A DNA stretch of 64,000 nt from Leptolyngbyaceae cyanobacterium (GTDB taxonomy: Bacteria > Cyanobacteriota > Cyanobacteriia > Phormidesmidales > Phormidesmidaceae). Below, one piece after another: positions 53,584-63,749 of this stretch. A model generated the notes under the pieces. It ran no database searches, was not told the DNA's origin, and saw only the letters and a list, made by a program, of their open reading frames with translations. Where the stretch lies: the NCBI GenBank assembly GCA_965263355.1, contig CBDHHL010000032.1, positions 3,744,001 to 3,808,000 on the forward strand, in the 5' to 3' direction. Positions within the stretch are counted from its first letter, which is position 1, and each line of letters opens with the position of its first letter. A program made the position numbers and the translations under genes.

Positions 53584-53811
53584 CATACGTGACAGATTTA
53601 TGCAGCTGCTTAATATGTAATTTTTAATCAGATGAGCCAACTTAATATCGGCTATTAGGCGATCCACAAACTGTTCAGCAGATCGAGCAGGCACCTATTC
53701 TTTTAGTTTGATTGTACTACTTTCGTGGTTAAGACAGCTTGTAAAGAGGTTGAATGTTGGGATAGCCTGCCGATGCGTAGCCTACACATGGGGAGGAACG
53801 TATTCTCTTGC

Positions 53812-53934
53812 CTATCCCAGGAGAATGGTTAAGGAGAAAGCTGGCGATGCTAAGGCAACTAAGGCGACTAGGGTAAGTGTCGCGATCGCAGCTAACACAC
53901 TAACCTTGTCTGCTTTGAACCGTTTTTTCATCAT
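53812..53934 (-). CDS. Putative 40-aa small membrane protein (not in ORF track)
   Basis: MMKKRFKADKVSVLAAIATLTLVALVALASPAFSLTILLG*: basic N-terminus followed by a hydrophobic helix. Confidence 0.4.
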   Translation of the reverse strand: MMKKRFKADKVSVLAAIATLTLVALVALASPAFSLTILLG

Positions 53935-54053
53935 CTTTACCGTATAGGCCGTTATCGTAGCATAGGGGTTTATTAGGAGAGCCAGGACACAGACCTTGTC
54001 TGCTAAACCGGGCTAAGGTCAAATCATGACATGATTTTTTGCAAGCCCACTCC

Positions 54054-54725
54054 ATGTTAAAAGCAGTTTTGTTTGATTTAGATGGCACCCTGGCCAATAC
54101 GGACCCGATTCATTTTCAAGTTTGGCAAACATTGCTTGCTGCCTATGGGATTACCGTCGACCAGGCATTTTATGATCGCTTTATCAGTGGCCGTCTTAAC
54201 CCTGATATTGTGCGGGATCTACTGCCGCAATTATCAATTGAAGAAGGTGTAGCGTTTAGTGTGGAGAAAGAGGCGCAGTTTCGACAGATGGCGGCTAGCC
54301 AACTGCAACGTATGCCTGGGCTGACTAATTTTCTCCATGCCATTGAATTGCGGCACTATGCCACAGCCTTAGTCACCAATGCTCCCCGGCCAAATGCGGA
54401 ATTTATGCTGAATACCCTGGCATTAGACAATGTGTTTCAACCGATTGTCATTGCCGATGATTTACCCCAGGGTAAACCTGATCCATTGCCCTACCAAACT
54501 GCGTTAGAGCAATTGGGGCTGTTTCCAGATGAGGCCATTGTATTTGAAGATTCTCCCACGGGAGTACGGGCAGCAACGGCAGCCTACATTCCTACAATTG
54601 GGGTTACTTCTACCCATAGTGACGAGACGCTATGTCAGCTAGGGGCACAATTTACCATTGCAGATTTTACCGATAGTCGCCTACTGTCCTACATCACTCG
54701 GTCCACTAGTATTGTGTCAAGCTAA
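54054..54725 (+). CDS. HAD-superfamily hydrolase (CbbY/beta-PGM-like)
   Basis: FDLDGTL, VTNA, KPDPLPY, FEDSPTG. Confidence 0.93.
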   Translation: MLKAVLFDLDGTLANTDPIHFQVWQTLLAAYGITVDQAFYDRFISGRLNPDIVRDLLPQLSIEEGVAFSVEKEAQFRQMAASQLQRMPGLTNFLHAIELRHYATALVTNAPRPNAEFMLNTLALDNVFQPIVIADDLPQGKPDPLPYQTALEQLGLFPDEAIVFEDSPTGVRAATAAYIPTIGVTSTHSDETLCQLGAQFTIADFTDSRLLSYITRSTSIVSS

Positions 54726-54790
54726 GACTTTGGGGTGAGTGGTTTATCACCTCTAGATGCTGGACATTGGATTAGTTTTAGATTCCCATT

Positions 54791-55105
54791 ATGAGCAACG
54801 CCTCTGACCATCCGCCCGAGTCCCAAACAGTCCAGGACCGCCTGGTGCATTTGCGACAACTAGCCCAGGCCTTTCCCAAAGAACAGCGCGAAGACGTGAT
54901 GTTAGAGCTTGAGGATCTCAGCACCGATTTAGCCAATACTGATGGCTCTAGCCTGCAAACCTTGCAGCAGCGGCTTAAACGCTTAGCTGCCATTGCCATG
55001 ATGGCGCGCATGTTTGCCACCAATAATCAGCATGTGATTGAAGAATTTGCCAGTAATTTGGTGGAGTTGACTAACGCAACGAGGATTGGTGAGTTGGGTG
55101 AATAG
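54791..55105 (+). CDS. Hypothetical helical protein
   Basis: 104-aa ORF in operon-like position; no recognised motif. Confidence 0.55.
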   Translation: MSNASDHPPESQTVQDRLVHLRQLAQAFPKEQREDVMLELEDLSTDLANTDGSSLQTLQQRLKRLAAIAMMARMFATNNQHVIEEFASNLVELTNATRIGELGE

Positions 55106-55137
55106 TGATTGGTGATTGATCAATGCTGCTTGAACCA

Positions 55138-56049
55138 TCAATAATAATTTTGTACTGGCACCGTATAATCCTGTTCCACCCAAATCTGGGTATTAACCGG
55201 ACCATAGTGCTGACGTAAGGCATTTTCTACCCGTTCACCAATGGTGCGAGCCATGTTTAGGCATTCTGGATGGACAGCCAAATAAAGCTCAATCCATACC
55301 TGACGACCGACCATCCCCCGTGACCGAATTCGGTTACAGCGGGTGACGCCTTCTACTGTTGTAACGACTTGGGCAATGGCTTCTGGCGCAATGGCTGTAG
55401 GGCGTAGCAACGTGGGTAACTGGCGATCTAATACGTGCCAGAAGCTATGGAGGGTAAAGATGAGTAGTGCGATCGCAATAAGTGGATCCAACCAGGTATG
55501 ACCACGCCAAATGCCCACTAGTCCTAACAACATGCCTATACTTAGCCAGCCATCCTCCAAAACATGCTGTGTGGTGAGTTTTAGGGTCAAACTATCTAAA
55601 TAACGACTCTGATAAGACACTAATAATGCCAATGTCAACGAAATGGCTACCATCACAGCCATTAGCTGCATCAGTGCTACGGTTACCTCCACGGGAAACG
55701 GGCTAGTTACCCTTTGTATGGCTAACTCAAATTGGCCCGCAGCAACCACCAAGATACTGACGCCAAAGAACCCCAAAATGGACGCTAAAATCATTGCCCC
55801 GCCAGCTTCGCCCCGGCCATGCCCCCATATTTCCCGGCCTAAGGGACGATGCGGTGAAGCCACCGCAGTCAAACTAATAGCTGTGCTGAAAATATCGATC
55901 AGGGTGTGGAGTGATTCTGCTAGGAGACATACTGATTGGCTGACCCAACCAGCTGTCGCCTCAATGGTCAAAATTACCAGGTTGGCCCAAAGCATCATAA
56001 GCAACAGGCGATAACATGTTTGCCGTTGTTGCCTAGCATCTATGACCAT
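55138..56049 (-). CDS. Cation diffusion facilitator family transporter
   Basis: LAESLHT..D, GHGR.E, LDPL, IRSRG, C-terminal dimerisation domain. Confidence 0.88.
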   Translation of the reverse strand: MVIDARQQRQTCYRLLLMMLWANLVILTIEATAGWVSQSVCLLAESLHTLIDIFSTAISLTAVASPHRPLGREIWGHGRGEAGGAMILASILGFFGVSILVVAAGQFELAIQRVTSPFPVEVTVALMQLMAVMVAISLTLALLVSYQSRYLDSLTLKLTTQHVLEDGWLSIGMLLGLVGIWRGHTWLDPLIAIALLIFTLHSFWHVLDRQLPTLLRPTAIAPEAIAQVVTTVEGVTRCNRIRSRGMVGRQVWIELYLAVHPECLNMARTIGERVENALRQHYGPVNTQIWVEQDYTVPVQNYY

Positions 56050-56398
56050 GGATTACCCATTAAGCAGTTGAGCATATCTAACCATATTCACTTCAGCAAG
56101 ATAGGACGGCCCATAGCATTGGGCGCAGAATTCCATCAAAACTTACTCTGCTTACATACAGTATTAAACAGTTAGGTTTATGGAGCCTGCACGTTAATCA
56201 GTATCAACCCGTAGAAAAATTAAAAGCTCTATGCGTTGAACAAGTTTGGCTTAAAGGAACTAAAAAACTTAGAATGTGCGGCTGCTACTTAGGAAAGCAT
56301 CTTTGAAGTGGGCTTTTCCTAGATGTCTGCTAAAAGGATGAGCTGCAGCCTTAAAAAGCTTTACTGTAGAAGCATCTCTAATAAGATTTTAAAATCAG

Positions 56399-56464
56399 AA
56401 AGGGTACCGACGACTGGCCGTGTTTCGTCTCGGTACCCTCACTGGTTCGCTCCTCACACACATT
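56399..56464 (-). ncRNA. Yfr2-like (cyano-1 motif-like) small RNA
   Basis: Minus strand AUGUGUGUGAGGAG...AGGGUACCGAGACGAAACACGGCCAGUCGUCGGUACCCU-UU, preceded by an ATGACA-N17-TAAAGT promoter. Confidence 0.6.
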
Positions 56465-56527
56465 CATAACTTTAGGACATATCGCAGGCTTTGTCATCCC
56501 CCGTAGTAAGTTTTTATATCGAGGGAG

Positions 56528-57337
56528 TTAGAATTGCTCAACGATTGGGTATCCCAGCCTCCCTTGAAGCACCTGCTGTAGGACAGTTCGAGTGGACCCC
56601 AACCAATTAGTGACTATCTTACTCTCCGATGATAGCTGTGTCATACCAATGCATTTTTGCAATGCAAAGACTAACTGTTTAGTTTGCTGCAAAAGTTGAG
56701 ATGATGTGGTTTGGTCCCAGCCATCACAGATCTCTAACAATCCATGGATCAGGCTTTGCAATGGCTCAACTGACATGAGGAAGGCTGACGTAGGCAAACC
56801 TGCTGCTGCTGCTTGGGATGAACGATCAATGGGGTGATAGCGCTGCCACCGGCAACATAACTCATACCCAGACTGTAGCTGCCATAGTTGTTCTGGTTCA
56901 ATTGACCCAGGTGATTCCTTTGGTATTGGAGACAGTGCCCACTGCTGGAGTTGTTGCTGCCATTGCTCCATACCTTTTTGGGAGATGATGAACTCTAGCC
57001 AATCATCATTTTTCCGAATATCTGACCATACAGGCTGTGTGGTTTGTTCCTCTAATATCGAGAGCAGCATGGTTGCAATGTCACTAGCAGGCCAATGCCA
57101 GCTGTTCTCTAACTTCCGTGGAATTGCAGAAATGTATGTAACTGTTCCGTTACAGTTAACTTTTTTTAAGGGAATATTCTGATGACAAATCTGTGTGGTT
57201 TTACCGATGCTTAATAAAACTGCTGAATATCTAAGCGGAGTATGAAGGTTTGACCTATCTGACTCTAGATTGAGTTGATTAAGAACTTCAATCGAGGAAG
57301 CTAAATTACATTGCAACGTCCGTTTTAACGAAACCAT
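56528..57337 (-). CDS. Divergent ArgRS/DALR anticodon-binding-domain-like protein
   Basis: IPL...Y.SAI..KL, W.EF, QSGYELCC.., and the T..VL...L...LG C-terminus. Divergent from devH, as commonly seen in cyanobacteria. Confidence 0.5.
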   Translation of the reverse strand: MVSLKRTLQCNLASSIEVLNQLNLESDRSNLHTPLRYSAVLLSIGKTTQICHQNIPLKKVNCNGTVTYISAIPRKLENSWHWPASDIATMLLSILEEQTTQPVWSDIRKNDDWLEFIISQKGMEQWQQQLQQWALSPIPKESPGSIEPEQLWQLQSGYELCCRWQRYHPIDRSSQAAAAGLPTSAFLMSVEPLQSLIHGLLEICDGWDQTTSSQLLQQTKQLVFALQKCIGMTQLSSESKIVTNWLGSTRTVLQQVLQGRLGYPIVEQF

Positions 57338-57726
57338 GTCATATTTGTAGTAGTAGCTATCTAAAAGGAGTAGGACAAGCTTTGTCGGACTTTTTTTAGG
57401 TTTATCAAAGAATTGGATATCGAATTTCCATCCCCTACTCCTTCAAAAAAAGCTGAAGTAGATATAAAGAAATCAATTTCGGGATGCCAACCAAATCAGT
57501 CGTTTGTATTAATGTACTTGGCATGTTTGTTTCGTATACTGATCGTGGTTTTACGGTTGACAAGCGTCGTTGTTTGTTGGTACTTGACATAGGACTTTAA
57601 ATTACTTCTTTTTAATTTGTATATTTGACTGCTTTCAGGGCGTATCGATAACTGGAATTTTCTTAAATTGAAGGCTTTCCAGATTGTTTGTTTTGTCTAC
57701 ATACTCTATGGCTTGACACTAGGTAA

Positions 57727-58473
57727 ATGACACTATCTGAATTATCGACAACTTCCAGTACCTTTCCCATGTCCTCATCTCTCCCATCAGATGACGCTCG
57801 GCCATTTCATGTATGGCAACGCATTCTGGACTGGGCTCAAGAACACTATCGATGCCGTACCTTTAGTAAAGATGAGCGCATTCCCACGAGACCTGGATTA
57901 CTTTATCTAGTGCAGCAGGGAGCAGTGCGTTTGGTTGGGAGTGCCCAAGTTAGCGCCACACTTAAGCAACAAAAGAGTTCGTCAGCCAGGGTTCCTTTAG
58001 TAGCTGCTGAAGAAGCGTTTTTGGGTTTTGTTGGTGCTGGTCAGCCGTTTGAGATTGTGGCACAGCCGCCCTTTACCCTACAAAGTTTTTCCCATGTAGA
58101 TCAAACGACAATTGTCTGGCTTTATTGGAATGATCTAGATACATGGCCTCACTTTCGTCGTGAAGTACTCGATGCATTTCGACGTCAGCATCAGCGTAAG
58201 CTGCTTTGGTTAAGTACTCTGGGGCAGCGTCGTACCATTGATCGGTTGTTAGGTTTCCTAACGCTCTTAGTGGATGAGTATGGTGAGCCCTGTGAAAATG
58301 GTTACTACCTGCCATTTCCCTTAACCCATGCTCAAATTGGTAGCGCTATTGGTTCAACGCGTGTAACTGTAACACGCCTTATGGGCAAGTTGCGGCAGCG
58401 GGGGCTGATCCAAAGTCATGGCGAAAATCTGATTAGTATTCCCTTTAGTGCCAGCCTCAAGCAGCAAGGATAA
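57727..58473 (+). CDS. devH: Crp/Fnr family transcriptional regulator, DevH homolog
   Basis: WQRILDWAQEHYRCRTFSKDERIP.RPGLLYLV and HTH LTHAQIGSAIGSTRVTVTRLMG. Confidence 0.85.
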   Translation: MTLSELSTTSSTFPMSSSLPSDDARPFHVWQRILDWAQEHYRCRTFSKDERIPTRPGLLYLVQQGAVRLVGSAQVSATLKQQKSSSARVPLVAAEEAFLGFVGAGQPFEIVAQPPFTLQSFSHVDQTTIVWLYWNDLDTWPHFRREVLDAFRRQHQRKLLWLSTLGQRRTIDRLLGFLTLLVDEYGEPCENGYYLPFPLTHAQIGSAIGSTRVTVTRLMGKLRQRGLIQSHGENLISIPFSASLKQQG

Positions 58474-58503
58474 GGCAAGGGCTTGTCCGAAATTCAAAAA
58501 TGA

Positions 58504-58559
58504 TAGATATAAGAAACGTAGGAAAATTGTATGCAATTTTCCTACGTTTCTTATATCTA
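58504..58559. terminator. Perfect 26-bp inverted repeat between convergent genes
   Basis: TAGATATAAGAAACGTAGGAAAATTG-TATG-CAATTTTCCTACGTTTCTTATATCTA. Confidence 0.8.
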
Positions 58560-60674
58560 CCGTAGACTGGCAAACCCCAGCTCATTTAGGGTCGTTTGGC
58601 CTTCTGTTGATAAGAGTAGCTCTGCGTATGCTTGGACAATGGGTATATCGGTATTACCTACGATATACAGTGGACGGATTAAGGGATACTCTCCAGATTC
58701 AAAGCCCTTTAGGTTGGGTTGATTACGTGGATTAGGGCACTGTTGCAAATCAATGTAAGGGAGTTGATAGGGCGGTTGTTGATCGATAGAAATAGGTTTA
58801 ACCGTGCATTGCCCGACGACCTCTGGGGCAGACGCAAAGTAAATCGAGCCTGGTGTATTGGCGGTTAGTCGGAGTGCCTCTGTAGTGCTGTTGCTCCGCT
58901 GCACGCTGGTGGCTAGTGCTTCTCCATTCAAAACAGTCTGGCTAAAAAATATAACAGTACCCCCCACATCCTCACGGGAAATCGGCATAATTGGCAAATC
59001 TGGTCCCCCAAGTTGCTGCCAGTTATTGGTTTTGCCGGTATAAATATCTCTAAGGTCAGTCTGGCTTAAATTTTCAATCGGCAATTCTGGGTGGGTAACA
59101 ACGGCCACCCCTTCAATCACAATAGGAATTTCTTGGAGAGCGAGGCCCTGTTGTTTCGCTTGTTGTTTTTCGGCTGGGCTCAATGGGCGTGATGTTTGGG
59201 CAAAATCTATCTCCCCATTGATCAGCATCTGAATGCCTACTGATGATCCTGGAGGCTGATTGATTGGTGGTTGATAGGTGAGTTGCAAGCCAGGAAAGAT
59301 CTGTTGTAGTTGAGGGTCAATGCCGCCGCGAATAGGTGCCCAGGTCGTGCTTCCACCATAGGTAAATTGTCCAGTGGGGACATTAACATCCGTGAAGCTT
59401 GACACCGATTCCAATGAAATTAAAGGTGTATTGTTAACAAAACTTACTCCCTTAGAGCGTACCCACCATATCCCCACAGCTGCTAACGCTGCCAGTAATG
59501 TGACGCTGAATATCCATGGGCGAAATATACCTTGTTTAGATTGTTTGGGGTTAGACGGTTTGGCTGAGATTGGCTTTGACGATGTCGTGGTTAATGGCTG
59601 CGGAGGCGTAGGATTGACTACGGGCGCAGGTGGCATAGCTGTTACAGGGGGTGGTGCAGAAGATGATGCATTGGTCGGTGGTATTGGCGGCGGTGGCGTG
59701 GCTGTTCTAGGGGCTGTGTGAACGGTACTATGGCCAGTCATTAAGGCCTCTAAAGTAACCTGAGCGTTAAGGTATCGGTCTTGGGGGCTAGCGCTCAGTA
59801 GTTTATCCAGCACGAGGGCTAAAGTGTTGTCTTGTAGGGTGATGTGATTTTGCCAAAGCCAGCGATTGCTGTAGCTATCAAATAGGTCTGTAGTTTCTTT
59901 GCCAGTCAGTAAAACAATGCAGGTAACGGCTAGCGAATATAGATCAGAGGCTGGAAACACCTGACCACCTGTCACCTGTTCTGGAGGGGCATATCCTGTG
60001 GTGTAAATGCCGGTTGAACGGGAGGAGGATGCGGCTCCTGTCACCTGTTTTACAGCACCAAAATCTAATAGATACAGTTGATTATCAACCGTTTTCATAA
60101 TGTTGGAGGGTTTGATGTCTCGGTGAATCGCGCCATTACTGTGGACGAAGTCTAGAACCTTTAAAATTGAGACCAGAATTGCTTTGACAGCGCCCTCGGG
60201 TAATGTGCCCCTTCTTTCCAGAATTTGTTCTAAGTCTTCGCCATCGATAAATTCTTGGACCAGGTAAAAATACTCTTCGTCTTTACCTGATATGGGAGAT
60301 TTCACCACGATGGGAAAATAGGCATAGAGATCGGGGATTTGTGGATGTTGATTGCCAAGGCGTTCTAGTACTTCTGCTTCTCGGGCAAAAAGCGTTTGGG
60401 CAATCTGTAATTGTTGTGGGTTGAGCTGGGCTGAGGGTTGAAATAATTTGACGACACAGGGTCTGAGGGTGGGAGTATCGCGATCGCACGCATAATAGGC
60501 TGCCCCAAATCCTCCCTGTCCCAAAAGTCGCTCGGGCAAATAGCGTCCTCTTAAAATCAGCGGCATGCCACAGCTGGTGCAAAACAGCTGAGATGCGGTT
60601 TGAATTGAATCCTTTAAAGTGGGATGGAAATTAACTGGCCGAGAACATCCAGGTCGAGTGCAGTGTAATTGCAT
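58557..60674 (-). CDS. Membrane Ser/Thr protein kinase with N-terminal 4-Cys prefix and extracytoplasmic PstS-like binding domain
   Basis: C..P.C...C..CG, GQGGFG, HRDIKPSN, DFG, GYAPPE, Pro-rich linker, TM, then YGGSTT, GSSVGI, TNNWQQLGGPD, YPL.RPLY. Start placed at MQLHC (60674). Confidence 0.9.
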   Translation of the reverse strand: MQLHCTRPGCSRPVNFHPTLKDSIQTASQLFCTSCGMPLILRGRYLPERLLGQGGFGAAYYACDRDTPTLRPCVVKLFQPSAQLNPQQLQIAQTLFAREAEVLERLGNQHPQIPDLYAYFPIVVKSPISGKDEEYFYLVQEFIDGEDLEQILERRGTLPEGAVKAILVSILKVLDFVHSNGAIHRDIKPSNIMKTVDNQLYLLDFGAVKQVTGAASSSRSTGIYTTGYAPPEQVTGGQVFPASDLYSLAVTCIVLLTGKETTDLFDSYSNRWLWQNHITLQDNTLALVLDKLLSASPQDRYLNAQVTLEALMTGHSTVHTAPRTATPPPPIPPTNASSSAPPPVTAMPPAPVVNPTPPQPLTTTSSKPISAKPSNPKQSKQGIFRPWIFSVTLLAALAAVGIWWVRSKGVSFVNNTPLISLESVSSFTDVNVPTGQFTYGGSTTWAPIRGGIDPQLQQIFPGLQLTYQPPINQPPGSSVGIQMLINGEIDFAQTSRPLSPAEKQQAKQQGLALQEIPIVIEGVAVVTHPELPIENLSQTDLRDIYTGKTNNWQQLGGPDLPIMPISREDVGGTVIFFSQTVLNGEALATSVQRSNSTTEALRLTANTPGSIYFASAPEVVGQCTVKPISIDQQPPYQLPYIDLQQCPNPRNQPNLKGFESGEYPLIRPLYIVGNTDIPIVQAYAELLLSTEGQTTLNELGFASLR

Positions 60675-60842
60675 GGAGCAGCAGCGTGACGACGTATTAA
60701 AGTGGCAACGCCCAAATGGCAATGCCGAAGAATAAACCTTGTCCACCTCCAGAACGGTCGTTTTTCCCATAGAAAACTCTACAGGGTTCAACTTGGACGT
60801 GGTTTAAACTGCCAATGCCTAAGAGTTAATTCTATCTGTAGC

Positions 60843-61898
60843 TTAACTGCTCTCTTCCATAGGATTTTGCTCAATGGACTTACCGTTTATGGGTTTTCCG
60901 TTTGTGACTACCTTGGTGGAAGTGGCCTGAGTGCCCCCATTTTTCTTACGCTCTGACCGCTGGTCAAAATCAATCTCGCGATTTGTAAACTGGGGCAAAA
61001 TTTCTTTAGTAAACGCCCCAGCTGCTGTTGAACGATAGCGATTGGGATTAAAAATAACCGATAAGGTGCGTTTGACCACAACTGAATCAATTTTGGCCCG
61101 ATGTAAGACCCCCATCTGTAATTCTTTTTCAATGGCCGAAATTGAGACAAAGGCCACCCCTAGTCCAGATTGGACGGCATTTTTAATCGCTTCAATGGAG
61201 TTTAGCTCCATTTCAATCCGTAATCGTCGAGTTTCAATACCACAGCGAGTAAGTACCTGATCGATCACCTTACGGATAGTGGACTGGGAGTCGAGGGAAA
61301 TAAATTTAAGCTTATAGAGGTCTTCTCGCTGAATAGCTTGACTGCTAGCTAGGGGATGGAACACTGGCATAATCAACGCCAGTTCATCTTCAGCGTAGGG
61401 AATAATTTCCAATGAATCCTGAAGTTCTGGCGGCACTTCGCCACCGATAATGGCTAAATCAATCTGCCCATTGCCAACACTCCAGGAGGTGCGGCGGGTG
61501 GAGTGCACATGTAGCTGCACCGCAACATCAGGGTAACGCTGACGAAATAGACCAATCATCCTGGGCAATAGATAAGTCCCTGTGGTTTGACTAGCCCCCA
61601 CAATCAAAGTGCCCCCCTGCAGTTTTTGTAGATCCTCAATAGCACGACAGGTTTCTTGACAGAGACTCAGGATGCGATCGCCATATTCCAGCAGCAAATA
61701 ACCTGCCTCTGTTAGCTGAGCCCGACGGCCACCCCGGTCAAACAGTGGCACATCTAACTGACGCTCTAGGTTTTGCACCTGTAGACTAACGGCGGGCTGA
61801 GATACATATAAACTATCGGCAGCTCGCTTAAAACTACCCTCCGCCGCAATCGCCTTTAGAATGCGCAGTTGATCTAACGTAAACGGGAGGTCAGACAT
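60843..61898 (-). CDS. rbcR: LysR-type regulator, RbcR/Ycf30 family
   Basis: [34 protein letters not shown] and [13 protein letters not shown]. Confidence 0.85.
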   Translation of the reverse strand: MSDLPFTLDQLRILKAIAAEGSFKRAADSLYVSQPAVSLQVQNLERQLDVPLFDRGGRRAQLTEAGYLLLEYGDRILSLCQETCRAIEDLQKLQGGTLIVGASQTTGTYLLPRMIGLFRQRYPDVAVQLHVHSTRRTSWSVGNGQIDLAIIGGEVPPELQDSLEIIPYAEDELALIMPVFHPLASSQAIQREDLYKLKFISLDSQSTIRKVIDQVLTRCGIETRRLRIEMELNSIEAIKNAVQSGLGVAFVSISAIEKELQMGVLHRAKIDSVVVKRTLSVIFNPNRYRSTAAGAFTKEILPQFTNREIDFDQRSERKKNGGTQATSTKVVTNGKPINGKSIEQNPMEESS

Positions 61899-62194
61899 AA
61901 CGGTTAGAGTTTCAACGCCGGTATTGCAAAAATCTGTAGCACGATCAATGGGGGCTTGAGCACAGAGACCCTTGTGTTTGTAACAAAGAGAGCTAACCTG
62001 TTACTGCTTAATACACTGGCTAGCACGTTAGAGTCTACAGGATACGTCGATCATTCCTTCCTTATGAGGGATAAATAACTCAAAACGTTAATTAAAATAT
62101 TAGTCTGTGAGGAAATATTTCAAAATTTTTTCTATAGATCCCTTTTTGTGTTGAGTGTTTTTACTCGGATCTTACTTATCCTGGTTGTGCTGAT

Positions 62195-62929
62195 ATGCAG
62201 TGCCAATTGATTCAAAACTTTCTAAATCTGCCTGGTATCGTTGGCTTTAGTTTGATGCTTTTGGATGGCTCCAGTCATGCCCACAGTGTTGGCTTTACTC
62301 AGGGCAATGGTCTTGAGCAACATCCTATGCTCTTAAAGGGTATTCAGCAAATTATTAAGACAACGCCTACGTCTCTTGAATTTTGTGCATTTCAATTTGG
62401 AGCCTATCAGGTGGAGTTGCATAAAGTTGAGAATGGGGCAGTCTTGATCGTTTTTAGTAAAGGCGCACTCTCCAGCCAATATTCAAAATCGGTCAGCGAA
62501 TTGATGCAGTTTGTCAAAGCTGACTACTCAGCTTTAGTTGAAAGCATACACTCCATCGGATCTGAAAACGTAGCCCATGAGCCTGTGGGGGCAACCGAGT
62601 TACAGGCTGCTAGTGTAGACGATGTTGTAGCGGCTATGAATAGTCTTAGCCAGATAACCAGTCGATATTTAGGTACACAGCTGGTGGCCAATCATTGGCG
62701 TACTTATCAATCCCAGGATATGGCTTGGATAACTAAATTCTGTATCTCTATGGATGGCACAGTTAGTGTTAAGGATATCGACCAACAGCTTTCTTCAGAT
62801 CAACTGGCGGAGATTCGGCTGTGGAGTAAGCGATTTCATCAAAGATGTACCCGGATTATTCGAGACTATGACGTACTTGTTGAGCAGACGCTGCCTGAGC
62901 AACATTGGCAGCTGTTATTTGGGGGATGA
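62195..62929 (+). CDS. Hypothetical cyanobacterial protein
   Basis: FLNLPGI.G..L N-terminus and N.LS.....YLG..LV.N.W; co-oriented with the ferredoxin gene. Confidence 0.7.
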   Translation: MQCQLIQNFLNLPGIVGFSLMLLDGSSHAHSVGFTQGNGLEQHPMLLKGIQQIIKTTPTSLEFCAFQFGAYQVELHKVENGAVLIVFSKGALSSQYSKSVSELMQFVKADYSALVESIHSIGSENVAHEPVGATELQAASVDDVVAAMNSLSQITSRYLGTQLVANHWRTYQSQDMAWITKFCISMDGTVSVKDIDQQLSSDQLAEIRLWSKRFHQRCTRIIRDYDVLVEQTLPEQHWQLLFGG

Positions 62930-62938
62930 TAAGCATTA

Positions 62939-63421
62939 TTGATGGCAAAAACAGTTCGTTTAGAGCCCATTGCTGCGGAGAGCGCGGTTGAAACTAACGG
63001 CAACCTTTTATCGGTTTTATTACATCAAGAGTTAACTGTTCTAAAGGAGTGTGGTGGGCGCGGTATGTGCGCTACCTGTCATATTTATGTGAATGATGGC
63101 ATGAAGTCACTGACGCCTATCAGTCGACGAGAACAGCGTACTTTGGCGATCATTACGTCGTGTCAGGGAAATTCTCGCCTAGCGTGTCAGGCTAGAGTAA
63201 AAGGTAATGGTGTGGTGGTGGAGTTACCACCGGGTATGTATGTCAACTCAATTAAAGATGTTGAATCTTTGATTGGTCGGCGAGCTGCACAGGATCTGTT
63301 GCATCCGTTGACGGGCACTGTGCTAGTTGAGCAGGGAAAGCTAATTACCCGGTCAATGCTGCGTAAGATCGAAAATAGCGCCAATCTAAACCTGAACGAA
63401 TACTTTAAACACAGTACATAG
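62939..63421 (+). CDS. 2Fe-2S ferredoxin-domain protein with C-terminal extension
   Basis: CGGRGMCATCH ... RLACQ. Confidence 0.9.
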   Translation: MMAKTVRLEPIAAESAVETNGNLLSVLLHQELTVLKECGGRGMCATCHIYVNDGMKSLTPISRREQRTLAIITSCQGNSRLACQARVKGNGVVVELPPGMYVNSIKDVESLIGRRAAQDLLHPLTGTVLVEQGKLITRSMLRKIENSANLNLNEYFKHST

Positions 63422-63749
63422 CTAGTGCATTGTCAAAGCTAAAAATTGAGATTCTGTATTGATGAAGAATAAAGGGTAAAGAGTCACCCTTTAGCCGGTT
63501 TACTCTTTACATACCCGATCCCAAATCTTAGTCTTGGCAGCCCAATAACAAGGGCTGGTTACTGTAACGATCACGTTTACAATCCAACTCTTCAACGTCT
63601 TTTGGAAAAATACAATCTAATATTTTTATTAAAAGATTTGGTATCTTACTTGAACTTTTTCTTGAAACATTAACCACTAGTATGGGTTCAACTAGAGTTC
63701 TGCAGGACTGGATAATGTTTGATGTGGCTGATTGTATTTTTGGATATTG

